64,000 bases of DNA, taken from Rhodoferax sp. (GTDB taxonomy: Bacteria; Pseudomonadota; Gammaproteobacteria; Burkholderiales; Burkholderiaceae_C). Below, piece by piece: positions 40,297 through 48,866 of this stretch. How positions within the stretch are numbered: the first letter of the stretch is position 1; each line of letters starts with the position of its first letter. The translations under genes and the position numbers were made by a program. Under the pieces are notes generated by a model. That model worked only from the letters and a program-made list of their open reading frames with translations, did not search any database and was not told where the DNA came from. The stretch is taken from the NCBI RefSeq assembly GCF_013297935.1, contig NZ_JAAFIX010000004.1, forward strand, positions 154,168 to 218,167, given 5' to 3'.

Positions 40297-42480
40297 TCAG
40301 CCGCGTTTCCAGTCGTGGAACTTGCGCACCCACTCCAATAGTTTGTGGGGCTGGTGCGCGCGCTTCCATTCACCTGCCGCGTATTTGTTCGCTTCAGCTA
40401 GCGTGGGGTAGGTGTGGATGGTGCCCAAAATCTTGTTCAGGCCCAGCCCGTGTTTCATGGCCAGCACGTACTCAGCCAGTAGGTCGCCCGCGTGGGTGCC
40501 GACGATGGTCACGCCCAGAATCTTGTCTTTGCCCGGCACGGTCAGCACCTTCACAAAGCCGTGGGCCTCGCTGTCCGCAATCGCGCGGTCCAGGTCGTCA
40601 ATGCCGTACTTGGTGACCTCGTAAGCAATGCCTTGGTCTTTGGCGTCCTGCTCGTTCAGGCCTACGCGCGCCACCTCGGGGTCGATGAAGGTGGCCCACG
40701 GGATGACCGAGTAGTCGGCCTTGAACTTTTTGAAGTCACCGAACAGCGCATTCACTGCCGCATACCAGGCCTGGTGCGCCGCCACATGGGTGAACTGGTA
40801 GGGCCCGGCCACATCGCCCGCCGCAAAAATGTTGGGGTAGATGGTCTGCAGGTACTCATTGGTGTGCACCGTTTTGTGGGTGGGAATGCCCAAGTCTTCG
40901 AGGCCATAGCCCGTGAGCCGCGCCGTGCGGCCCACGGCACACAGCAGCTGGTCGAAGGCAATGCGCTTCTCCACGCCTGCGTGTTCCACCACCAGCACCT
41001 TTTCGCCATCCACCAACTCGCAGCGCAAGGCCTTGTGGCTGGTGAGCAGGTCCACGCCATCGGCGCGCAGGGATGCCGCGGCAAGTTCCGACACCTCCAT
41101 GTCTTCCCGCGCCATGATGCGCGGCGCCATTTCCACCTGAGTGACGGCGGAGCCCAGCCGCGCAAAGCTCTGCGCCAGCTCGCAACCAATCGGCCCGCCG
41201 CCCAGCACCACGAGGCGCTTTGGCACTTCGTCGAGCTTGGCAAATTCATCCCACAGCGTGTCGCTGGTGACATAGCCCACCGCGTCCAGCCCGGGCAGGG
41301 GCGGCACAAAGGGGCGCGCACCGGCGGCGATGACGATGCTGCGCGTGGTCAGCGTCTGTGTGCCGCCGCCGTTGAGCGCGATCTCTACTGTCCAGGGGTT
41401 GATGATCTTGGCGTAGCCCTGCAGCACCTCAACACCGAGGCCGGTGTAGCGCTCCACGCTGTCGTGCGGCTCGATGGCAGCAATCACCTCGTGAATGCGC
41501 TGCATCACCGTTTTGAACGAAAACAGGCTCTGGCCCTCGCCGGATATGCGCGATGCGCTATGTAAACCATAGCGCTCTGCATGTTGCATCTGGTGAGCGA
41601 GCTTGGCGCTTTTGATCAAGGCTTTGCTGGGCACGCAGCCGTAGTTCAGGCAGTCGCCGCCCATTTTGTGGGCCTCCACCAGCGTGACCTTGGCCTTGAC
41701 CGCGGCCGCAATATAGGCCGACACCAGCCCGCCCGCACCACCGCCGATGACAACCAGGTTGCGGTCAAAAGTCTTGGGGCGCACGGTGTTCCAGCGGGCG
41801 TACACCTTGCGTTGTTGGATGAAATTCATCAGCGCCTTCGCGATCAAGGGAAACACGCCTAGCAGCACAAACGCACCCAGCAGCTGGGGGCTGGCGACGT
41901 CTTTGAGCGACTGCAGCTCTGCCAGCCGGGTGCCGGCGTTCACATACACCGCCGTGCCGGCCAACATGCCGAGCTGGCTCACCCAATAAAACGTGCGGGT
42001 GCGCATGGTAGTCAGGCCCATGAGCAGGTTGATCACGAAAAACGGCACCACCGGAATCAAGCGCAGGCTGAAGAGGTAGAGCGCGCCGTCGCGGGCCACG
42101 CCGGCATTGATGTCTGCCAGGCGGGCGCCGAAGCGGGCCTGCACCACATCGCGCAGCACAAAACGGGCGGTCAGAAACGACAGTGTGGCGCCGATGCTGG
42201 ACGCAAACGACACCAGCAGCAGCCCCCAGCCCAGCCCGAAGACGCCACCACCGGCCAAAGTCAGAATTGCCGCGCCGGGCAAGGAGAGGGAGGCCACCGC
42301 CACATACACCCCGAAAAACGCCGCACGCAGGGTCCACGGGTTCTCGGCGTAGTACTGAGCCAAAGCGGCCTGGCTTTGGCGTAAAGCGTCCAGGCTCAAA
42401 AAGCGCCCCAGGTCCAGCGCCACAAACGCGGCAATGGCCAATGCCACCACGCCCACTACCAACCATTTGGAAGCCTTCAT
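40297..42480 (-). CDS. DedA/TVP38 membrane domain fused to a class-I flavoprotein disulfide reductase
   Basis: LSLPGA, LRLIPVVPFFVIN (DedA); GGGAGG, GGDCLNYGCVPSK, GGGPIGCE, FAAGD, HTYPTLAE. Confidence 0.88.
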   Translation of the reverse strand: MKASKWLVVGVVALAIAAFVALDLGRFLSLDALRQSQAALAQYYAENPWTLRAAFFGVYVAVASLSLPGAAILTLAGGGVFGLGWGLLLVSFASSIGATLSFLTARFVLRDVVQARFGARLADINAGVARDGALYLFSLRLIPVVPFFVINLLMGLTTMRTRTFYWVSQLGMLAGTAVYVNAGTRLAELQSLKDVASPQLLGAFVLLGVFPLIAKALMNFIQQRKVYARWNTVRPKTFDRNLVVIGGGAGGLVSAYIAAAVKAKVTLVEAHKMGGDCLNYGCVPSKALIKSAKLAHQMQHAERYGLHSASRISGEGQSLFSFKTVMQRIHEVIAAIEPHDSVERYTGLGVEVLQGYAKIINPWTVEIALNGGGTQTLTTRSIVIAAGARPFVPPLPGLDAVGYVTSDTLWDEFAKLDEVPKRLVVLGGGPIGCELAQSFARLGSAVTQVEMAPRIMAREDMEVSELAAASLRADGVDLLTSHKALRCELVDGEKVLVVEHAGVEKRIAFDQLLCAVGRTARLTGYGLEDLGIPTHKTVHTNEYLQTIYPNIFAAGDVAGPYQFTHVAAHQAWYAAVNALFGDFKKFKADYSVIPWATFIDPEVARVGLNEQDAKDQGIAYEVTKYGIDDLDRAIADSEAHGFVKVLTVPGKDKILGVTIVGTHAGDLLAEYVLAMKHGLGLNKILGTIHTYPTLAEANKYAAGEWKRAHQPHKLLEWVRKFHDWKRG

Positions 42481-42490
42481 GGCAACCCTT

Positions 42491-43096
42491 TCAAGAAAAT
42501 GCGCGCCATCCCCACCAAATGCGGGTGGCGGTGGTCACGGCACAGAGCGCCGCAAAGGTGTAGGCCAGTGGCGCGAAATGCGCAGGCCACAGGCACATGG
42601 CCACAAAGAAGGCCAGCGTCTCGGTGGCCTCGGTCAGCCCGCCCAAAAAATAAAACGATTTGTCGGGGTAGGCCAGGTTGTCCATGCCGCGCTTGGCCGC
42701 GAGGGCGGCAAAAGCCAGAAAGCTGCTGCCAGTGCCAATAAATGCGGCCAGCAAGGCGGCGGCAGGTAGCGCGTGCCCGGCCGGGTTGGCCACTGCAAAC
42801 GCCAATGGAATGCTGGCGTAAAACACAAAGTCCAGCGAAATGTCGAGGAATCCGCCTGCGTCTGTGGGCTGTGTTTCGCGGGCGACGGCGCCGTCCAGTC
42901 CATCGAGCAATCTAGAGCCTAAAAGGGCTATAGCCCCCGCAAAATATGCGCCGGTAGCTATCAAAATTGCAGCAAACATGCCGACGCCAAAGCCCGTCAA
43001 GGTGACGGTGTTGGCTCCGACGCCGGCGCGCACCAGCACGCGTGCCACGGCCCGCAGGGGCGGGCGCAACAAGGGGGTCGCGAATCGGTCGAGCAT
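42491..43096 (-). CDS. ynjF: CDP-alcohol phosphatidyltransferase family protein
   Basis: DGLDGAVAR...GGFLDISLD CDP-OH motif; FIGTGSSFLAFAAL and KSFYFLGGLTE. Confidence 0.85.
   Translation of the reverse strand: MLDRFATPLLRPPLRAVARVLVRAGVGANTVTLTGFGVGMFAAILIATGAYFAGAIALLGSRLLDGLDGAVARETQPTDAGGFLDISLDFVFYASIPLAFAVANPAGHALPAAALLAAFIGTGSSFLAFAALAAKRGMDNLAYPDKSFYFLGGLTEATETLAFFVAMCLWPAHFAPLAYTFAALCAVTTATRIWWGWRAFS
42920..42973 (+). repeat. 54-bp element, copy 10 (inside ynjF)
   Basis: taaaagggctaTAGCCCccgcaaaataTGCGCcggtAGCTatcaaaattgcAGC; encodes AAILIATGAYFAGAIALL. Confidence 0.85.
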
Positions 43097-43102
43097 GGCG
43101 GG

Positions 43103-43657
43103 TCAGGGCAGCAGGTCGGCCACGCTGTCCCACACCTCGGGGGCGAGGCGGCCTTCAAAGCGCTGCACTATCTGGCCCCTGGTGTCGATCAGCAGGGTCA
43201 GCGGGAGGCGGGTGCCGGCGGGCAGCTCACCGTCCAGGCGCACCGAGAGCAGGCCTTTGGCGTTCATCTGAGTCTGGTTGACTAGCTTTTCGTAGGTCTG
43301 CCAGTCGCTGGCTTTGCGGTCCAGGTTCACCAGCAGCAGGCTGAAGGGCTTGGTTTTCCAACCGGCCAGGTTGGCGCGCAGCTCAGGCAGGCTGTCGCGG
43401 CAGACGGCGCAGTTGCTGTTCCAGAAAAATGCCACGGTCACATTGCCGTCGAGGGCGCTGGCCGCGAAGCGCTGCCCGTTGGCGTAGGTGGCAGGCAGCT
43501 GCAGGCGGTTGCCCTTGCCCAGCGCCGTGCCGGTGTCCTCCGCGGTTGCGGTGGCCGACTGCGCTGCGGCGCCGCCTGCCAGGCCCGCCGTCAGGGCGAG
43601 GGTCAGCAAGCCGCACCAGGAAGCGCGTTGCCAGAGGTGTGGGAGTGGGTTGTGCAT
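43103..43657 (-). CDS. Exported TlpA/ResA-like thioredoxin
   Basis: Signal peptide; FWNSNCAVC (CxxC); LPLTLLIDTRG. Confidence 0.75.
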   Translation of the reverse strand: MHNPLPHLWQRASWCGLLTLALTAGLAGGAAAQSATATAEDTGTALGKGNRLQLPATYANGQRFAASALDGNVTVAFFWNSNCAVCRDSLPELRANLAGWKTKPFSLLLVNLDRKASDWQTYEKLVNQTQMNAKGLLSVRLDGELPAGTRLPLTLLIDTRGQIVQRFEGRLAPEVWDSVADLLP

Positions 43658-43712
43658 GGGGCGAGTCTAAGGGGGCTTGGCTTTTCCCTTGGTCGCTCAC
43701 GTGCACTGTTTC

Positions 43713-44351
43713 TTACACAGCAGGCTCTGAGCCGAGCAGGGTGAGGTGCGCGGTGTCCGCGATATCTGCCGCATCGTGGGTGACCAGCAGGGCAGGTATG
43801 GCGCGCCGGGCCACCAGGCCGAAGACCAGCGCACGCATGCGCCCGCGCAGCGCCGCGTCGAGTTTGGAGAAGGGCTCGTCGAGCAGCAGGGCTCTGGGTT
43901 GCGCCAGGAGCGCGCGGGCCAGGGCCACACGGGCCCGCTGTCCGCCGGAAAGGCGGGCGGGGTCGGCGTGCAGGTGGTCTTGCATTTCTACATCGCGCAG
44001 GGCGGCTTGCACTGCGTCTTCGCGCTCAGCGCGCGCGCCGGCGGGCACGGCAAATAGCAGGTTTTCGCGGACGGTCATGTGGGCGAACAGCAGGTCGTCC
44101 TGAAACAGCAGACCGACGCGGCGGGCGCGTACCGGGAGCGTGTCGATGCGCTCACTGTTCAGGTTGATGCGGCCTTCCCATTGCATGCCGGCCTCCAGGG
44201 TGCCGCACACGGCGGCCAGCACACTGCTTTTGCCGCAGCCGCTGGGGCCCATCAGGGTGTGCACGGTGCCTGCCGGCAGGTGCAGGTGGAGCTTTTGCAC
44301 CAGCAGACCCGCGGGGCTGGCGAGGCGGTCTATGTGAATATCGAGGCTCAT
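43713..44351 (-). CDS. ABC transporter ATPase, YnjD-like
   Basis: GPSGCGKS; LSGGQRAR; LLLDEPF; lacks a C-terminal regulatory domain. Confidence 0.88.
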   Translation of the reverse strand: MSLDIHIDRLASPAGLLVQKLHLHLPAGTVHTLMGPSGCGKSSVLAAVCGTLEAGMQWEGRINLNSERIDTLPVRARRVGLLFQDDLLFAHMTVRENLLFAVPAGARAEREDAVQAALRDVEMQDHLHADPARLSGGQRARVALARALLAQPRALLLDEPFSKLDAALRGRMRALVFGLVARRAIPALLVTHDAADIADTAHLTLLGSEPAV

Positions 44352-44785
44352 GAGGCGACCCGCACCGTGCCGTCGGCCTCCACCACCACCGGGATGGGCA
44401 GCAGCGACTCCCCCTCGCAATCGCCGGAGGTGCACAGGCCATCGCTCCAGCGGTAGTGGGCGTAGTGCACATTGCAAGTGATGCGCTTATGGGGTACGAA
44501 TTGCAGCAAGTCCTGGCGCGCGGCCAGCGGCACGCCGAAATGGGCGCAACGGTTCACAAACGCCAGGACCCCGCTGCCGCTGCGCAGCAAGAGGTAGCGG
44601 AACACAGCCCCGGGGGCCGAGGCCGTGTCACTGCCGGAAGCCAGCTCATGCAGCGTGGCACTGCCGTCGGGCAGGGTGTTGCGCTGGCCCAGCACCGCCC
44701 CGGGCGCCGGAGCATGGGCGATCTGGTGCCAGTGTCGGGGCTCGGCCGGGTCTTGGGGCAGGGGCAGAGAGGGGGGCGAAGTCAT
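44348..44785 (-). CDS. Rieske [2Fe-2S] ferredoxin-like protein
   Basis: NRCAHFGVPL ... ITCNVHYA (CxH...CxxH). Confidence 0.8.
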   Translation of the reverse strand: MTSPPSLPLPQDPAEPRHWHQIAHAPAPGAVLGQRNTLPDGSATLHELASGSDTASAPGAVFRYLLLRSGSGVLAFVNRCAHFGVPLAARQDLLQFVPHKRITCNVHYAHYRWSDGLCTSGDCEGESLLPIPVVVEADGTVRVAS

Positions 44786-44789
44786 GGCT

Positions 44790-46463
44790 TTATTGTGCCG
44801 CCGCAGGCCAGCGCCGCGGGCGGCCCCACCAGGCGGCCAGGCCGAACATCAGCATCGGCAACAGCCACTGCAACCAGGCGAAGGCGGCGGTCAGGGCGCG
44901 CTGGCCGCCGGAGGCTAGTGTTACTGCCTCGGTGGTGACTGTCTGAAACCGCCCGGCGCCCACGTACAAGGTGGGCAAATACTGCGCCACGCTCACCGCA
45001 AAGCCCACGGCAAGCGCTGCAGCCAGCGCGCTGCGCAGCAAAGGCCACTTCACGTGCCACAAAAAGGCGGCGCGGCTGCGCCCGAGGGTGGCACTTACCC
45101 GGGCCAGTCGCCCATCGACCGCGCCATAGGGGCCTTGCAGTGCGATCAGCACATAGGGCAGTGCACTCAAGGTGTGGGCTAACCAGAGGCCTATGGCCCG
45201 GCCGTCCAGACCCCAGGCGATGCTGAGCCGGTGCAGGCCCACCACCCAGAGCACAGCTGGCAGCACCAAAGGCAACATCCAAAGAGGGCGCAGGCGCTGC
45301 TGCCAGCGGGGTGGCACCCATTCCAGCCAGGCGACCACCCAGACCAGCGCGGCCGCCGCACTGCACAGCCCGAGGCCCAAGGTCGTCCAGACCGTGCCGC
45401 TGCTCTGCAACACACCGGTCCAGGCCTGCAGGGTCCACACCTCAGGCAGCAGCTTCGGAAACGGCCACGGCCCCGAAACGCTACCCAGTGCCAGCGCGCC
45501 GAGCACCGCGGCGTAAATGCCCAGCAACACCGACAAGGGGCGGCGTGATGCCGAAGGCTTGGCCGCCTTGCTGACCCCGGGAGAGAAGCGGACTCCGCGC
45601 ACCTGGCGTTGACGCCATAGCGGCCAGGCCCGCCACCCGGCCCAGCCAGCCGCCGTCACCAGCAGGAGCAAGGTGAGCAGCCAAGCGGCACTTGCGCCCA
45701 CGGCGTTGGTCGCCGGGTCGGCGTCTTGCAGCCATTGCCACGTCAACATGGCCAAGGTAGGCGGGGTGGTGGGGCCGATGATGAGCGCCATATCTACCAC
45801 CGTGAGGCTGTAGGCCAGCACCGCCAACAAGGGGGCCCGGAGGGCGCGCACCAGCTGCGGCCAGCCGATGCGCCACCAAGCCTGCGCATCGGTGTAGCCC
45901 CAGAGGGCGGCAAGGCGCAGGGATTGCCGCAATTGCGCCTGCACACCGGGTTGCTGCACATGGGCCCAGGCGGCCCAGAGCAGAAACGGTATTTCTTTGA
46001 GCACCAGCGCGGCGATCAGCCCCAAGCCCCACGGGTCCTGGGTGGTTGACCATGCGGGGGGCAACTCCAGCCCGCTGGGCCAAGGAGACACCAGGCGCAA
46101 CAGCCAGCCGCCGGGTGCGATCAACGCCACCATGCCGATGGCAAATGCTGCATGGGGCACAGAGAGCAAGGGTGAGAGCCAACGGGCCCAATCGCCAGAC
46201 AGATGCCCGGTCCCGGGTGCGGCAAGCCAGCGCCCCAGCATGAAAGCCGTGATTCCGGTCGAGATCAAGGTGGCACAAAGCCCGGTCCAGAGCGTCATGC
46301 CCAGTGCGGGCAGGGTTTGCGGGTGCTGCCAGAGTGCGGCCCAGGCGGCGGTCTGCGCCCAATCGGTGAAGGTGCTGCCCAAGGCCCAGAGCAGTGGTGT
46401 GCCCGCTAGGAGCAGGAGAAGGGTCGCGCCGACGGGGAAACGGGGTGCAGGAGCGGCAGGCAT
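44790..46463 (-). CDS. ABC transporter permease (two fused permease domains), YnjC-like
   Basis: LSVPHAAFAIG; KEIPFLLW; YSLTVVDMA..GPTTPPTL; SVAQYLPT..GAGRF.T.TTEAV. Confidence 0.82.
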   Translation of the reverse strand: MPAAPAPRFPVGATLLLLLAGTPLLWALGSTFTDWAQTAAWAALWQHPQTLPALGMTLWTGLCATLISTGITAFMLGRWLAAPGTGHLSGDWARWLSPLLSVPHAAFAIGMVALIAPGGWLLRLVSPWPSGLELPPAWSTTQDPWGLGLIAALVLKEIPFLLWAAWAHVQQPGVQAQLRQSLRLAALWGYTDAQAWWRIGWPQLVRALRAPLLAVLAYSLTVVDMALIIGPTTPPTLAMLTWQWLQDADPATNAVGASAAWLLTLLLLVTAAGWAGWRAWPLWRQRQVRGVRFSPGVSKAAKPSASRRPLSVLLGIYAAVLGALALGSVSGPWPFPKLLPEVWTLQAWTGVLQSSGTVWTTLGLGLCSAAAALVWVVAWLEWVPPRWQQRLRPLWMLPLVLPAVLWVVGLHRLSIAWGLDGRAIGLWLAHTLSALPYVLIALQGPYGAVDGRLARVSATLGRSRAAFLWHVKWPLLRSALAAALAVGFAVSVAQYLPTLYVGAGRFQTVTTEAVTLASGGQRALTAAFAWLQWLLPMLMFGLAAWWGRPRRWPAAAQ

Positions 46464-46491
46464 GCGCGGATGTTAATCACTTTGCCGGCCG

Positions 46492-46854
46492 TTAATCTTC
46501 CCAGTCCATCGCTCCTTTGGCCCACTCATAGGCAAAACCGATACACAGAATGCCGAGGAACACCATGCCGGCCATGAAGCCGGGAAACCCGATGTCCTTG
46601 AGAGCCAGCGCCCAAGGAAACAGGAAGGCAATTTCCAGGTCAAAAATAATGAAGAGGATGGCAACCAGATAGAAGCGCACGTTGAATTGCATGCGCGCAT
46701 CGCCAAAGGGCTCAAACCCACATTCGTAGGCTGAGCCCTTGGCGGGGTCCGGCCGGTTGGGACCCAGAAGGTACCCCGCCAGCTGGGGGAGCACCCCCAC
46801 TGCAATTCCCACTGCAATAAACAGCAGGACCGGCAGGTAATGCTCCAGGTTCAT
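46492..46854 (-). CDS. nuoA: Stand-alone NADH:quinone oxidoreductase subunit A paralog
   Basis: AYECGFEPF; [15 protein letters not shown]; EWAKGAMDW; no nuoB follows. Confidence 0.85.
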   Translation of the reverse strand: MNLEHYLPVLLFIAVGIAVGVLPQLAGYLLGPNRPDPAKGSAYECGFEPFGDARMQFNVRFYLVAILFIIFDLEIAFLFPWALALKDIGFPGFMAGMVFLGILCIGFAYEWAKGAMDWED

Positions 46855-47780
46855 CAGGCTTGCTGGATACCAGCCAACACCCAACCGCCTTGGCCTTGGC
46901 GGGACTTAGTGAGGTGCCAGATTTCGTCGAAGGTTTCGTCGTCGGAACCTGCGCCGAAGCGGATGAAGCCGGTGAACTTGACGCTCACTACATAGCGCTG
47001 GGCTTCTTCCGCCACTTCAAGCACGGTGGTGTCGATGCGGACCACTTCGCCAGGCTGTGCCGAGGTTTCGCGCTCTGCAAAGTCGAGCTTGATTTCCGCG
47101 AACATTTCTGGCGTGGTGAACTCACGGATGTCATCGAGGTTGCCAGCGTCGTAGGCAGCTTGCAAACGGATGAAGTTCACTTTGGCATTGCGCTCGAAGG
47201 CAGCACGGTCAAAGTCAGCTGGAATGGCAGCCGCTACGGGCTGGCCACCAATGTCGGCACCGATCAACGAGCCGGAGGACGAACCGCCCATGCCGGACGC
47301 TGCTGGTGTCGCCATTTTGTAGGCCTGTTGGGGCATTCCTGCACCACCTTGGCCAGCCGACGCGCCGGCTGGCATCAAGCCACCTGCACCGGCCATACCG
47401 CCTTGGCGTGCCATGGCCCGCTTGCGCAAAATGAAGCCGATGACCGCCATGACGGCAAATGCCACCAGGGCCATGGTCATCATGGACGCCAGCTCATCGC
47501 CAAAACCGAAGTGCGATGCCAATGCGGCGATACCCAGGCCCGCTGCGATACCAGCGACTGGCCCCATCCAAGAGGGTTTGGAAGCTGCAGCTGCGCCTGC
47601 ACCGGCGGCCGGTGCCGCGTTTTGTGCGGTGGGGGCTGCAGGCGCTTTGTCTTGGGTGGCTTGCCGCTGGGTGCCCATGGACTTGCCGCCGCCCAGCCGC
47701 TTGGCCGCTTCGGCGTCCACAGAAACGCTGGCAATGCCCAGCGAGAACACTACCGCAAGGACGGAAAGAAGTCTTTTCAT
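46854..47780 (-). CDS. Tim44-like domain protein
   Basis: Signal peptide; [10 protein letters not shown]; [13 protein letters not shown]; [18 protein letters not shown]; EIWHL; WVLAGIQQ. Confidence 0.85.
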   Translation of the reverse strand: MKRLLSVLAVVFSLGIASVSVDAEAAKRLGGGKSMGTQRQATQDKAPAAPTAQNAAPAAGAGAAAASKPSWMGPVAGIAAGLGIAALASHFGFGDELASMMTMALVAFAVMAVIGFILRKRAMARQGGMAGAGGLMPAGASAGQGGAGMPQQAYKMATPAASGMGGSSSGSLIGADIGGQPVAAAIPADFDRAAFERNAKVNFIRLQAAYDAGNLDDIREFTTPEMFAEIKLDFAERETSAQPGEVVRIDTTVLEVAEEAQRYVVSVKFTGFIRFGAGSDDETFDEIWHLTKSRQGQGGWVLAGIQQA

Positions 47781-47858
47781 GTCGATCTCCTGAAAAATGA
47801 ATGACAAGCGGAGATTACGGGGAAAAAGAACCATTAAAAACCAGTGCTTATGAGAAGA

Positions 47859-47877
47859 ACATTCTGTAAAAAACTGA
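47859..47877 (-). promoter_or_regulatory. Putative NhaR operator upstream of the Tim44-like gene
   Basis: Minus strand TCAGTTTTTTACAGAATGT; its 14-nt core is identical to that at 48807-48820. Confidence 0.6.
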
Positions 47878-47882
47878 AGGTT

Positions 47883-48767
47883 TCACGCAATTCCCTGCAA
47901 CACGCGTTGTACCAGCGGGTGTTGCACCCTCTTTTCAGTGCCCACGGCGAAGAAATGCTCCGCCACCCCCTCGCAGGCCGCGAGTCGTTTCACGCCGTAG
48001 TGGGCCAGCAGGTCTTCTTCAGCCCATTCGGCCGCCGGAAAAATCCCCATGCCGCTGGCGCCAAAGGTGTTGAGCAGCGCACTGTCTTCAAACTCCCCCA
48101 CGATGCGCGGCCGGATGCCCTGCTGTTCAAACCAGTGGTCCAGGCGGGCGCGCACGGCTGTGTGGGCGGTGGGTAGCAACACGGGGGTGCTGGCCAGGCA
48201 CTGCGGGAACTGGCGGGCAGCGCCCCGCACCAGGGCCGGCGTGCCGTACCAGGCCATGGGCGACTGCCCCATGGCGTGGCTGTAGAGCTTGATGTTGGGG
48301 TTGGCCGGGGCCGGTCGATCCGAAAACACCACATCCAGGCGGTGCAGGGCCAGGTCGCCCAGCAAGTCGTCGAGCTCACCCTCGTGGCAAATCAAGCGCA
48401 GCGTAGGTTCGCTGATCACGGGTTGCAAAAGCCGCCGCGCCACCAATTTGGGCAATCCATCAGATATGCCCACCGCCAAGCGCATGGAAGGCGCGCTGGC
48501 CGACTCGCGCACCCGCTCCGGCAGGTTTTCACCGATTTGGAAAATCTGGTCTGCCAGCTGCATGGCCGTCAGGCCGGCATCGGTGAGCACCAGCCCGCGG
48601 CCTGCGGGTTTGAGCAAGGCGTAGCCCAGTGAGCGCTCCAGCTCGCGCACTTGCGCGCTCACGGTTTGCACCGCCATGTCGAGCTTGTCCGCGGCCCGCG
48701 ACATGCCGCCTTCTTTAGCGACCACCCAGAAGTAGTAGAGGTGCTTGTAATTGAAAGTGGTGCTCAT
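47883..48767 (-). CDS. nhaR: LysR-family activator NhaR
   Basis: NYKHLYYFWVVAKEG; LGDLALHRLDVV; VGEFEDSALL..FG. Confidence 0.8.
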   Translation of the reverse strand: MSTTFNYKHLYYFWVVAKEGGMSRAADKLDMAVQTVSAQVRELERSLGYALLKPAGRGLVLTDAGLTAMQLADQIFQIGENLPERVRESASAPSMRLAVGISDGLPKLVARRLLQPVISEPTLRLICHEGELDDLLGDLALHRLDVVFSDRPAPANPNIKLYSHAMGQSPMAWYGTPALVRGAARQFPQCLASTPVLLPTAHTAVRARLDHWFEQQGIRPRIVGEFEDSALLNTFGASGMGIFPAAEWAEEDLLAHYGVKRLAACEGVAEHFFAVGTEKRVQHPLVQRVLQGIA

Positions 48768-48801
48768 GTTCTGTATTTACAGGAATTTGGATCAGAAATT
48801 A

Positions 48802-48820
48802 TCTGCTTTTTACAGAATGT
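48802..48820 (+). promoter_or_regulatory. Putative NhaR operator upstream of the HPF-like gene
   Basis: TCTGCTTTTTACAGAATGT, a TCTG-N7-CAGA dyad; a related dyad TCTGTATTTACAG lies at 48770-48782. Confidence 0.6.
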
Positions 48821-48866
48821 CTGCGGCCCTAAGGTGGAGGCTCATTCACAGCACGGAGAAATTTCT

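Noticed and set aside
40297-42480. Mercuric reductase merA and a mer operon
   Set aside because: No C-terminal Cys-Cys, no HMA domain, and no merR/T/P nearby.
47859-48820. Inverted 14-bp repeats as terminal repeats of an IS or MITE carrying nhaR
   Set aside because: No transposase and no evident target-site duplication. Position and dyad form fit LysR operators better.
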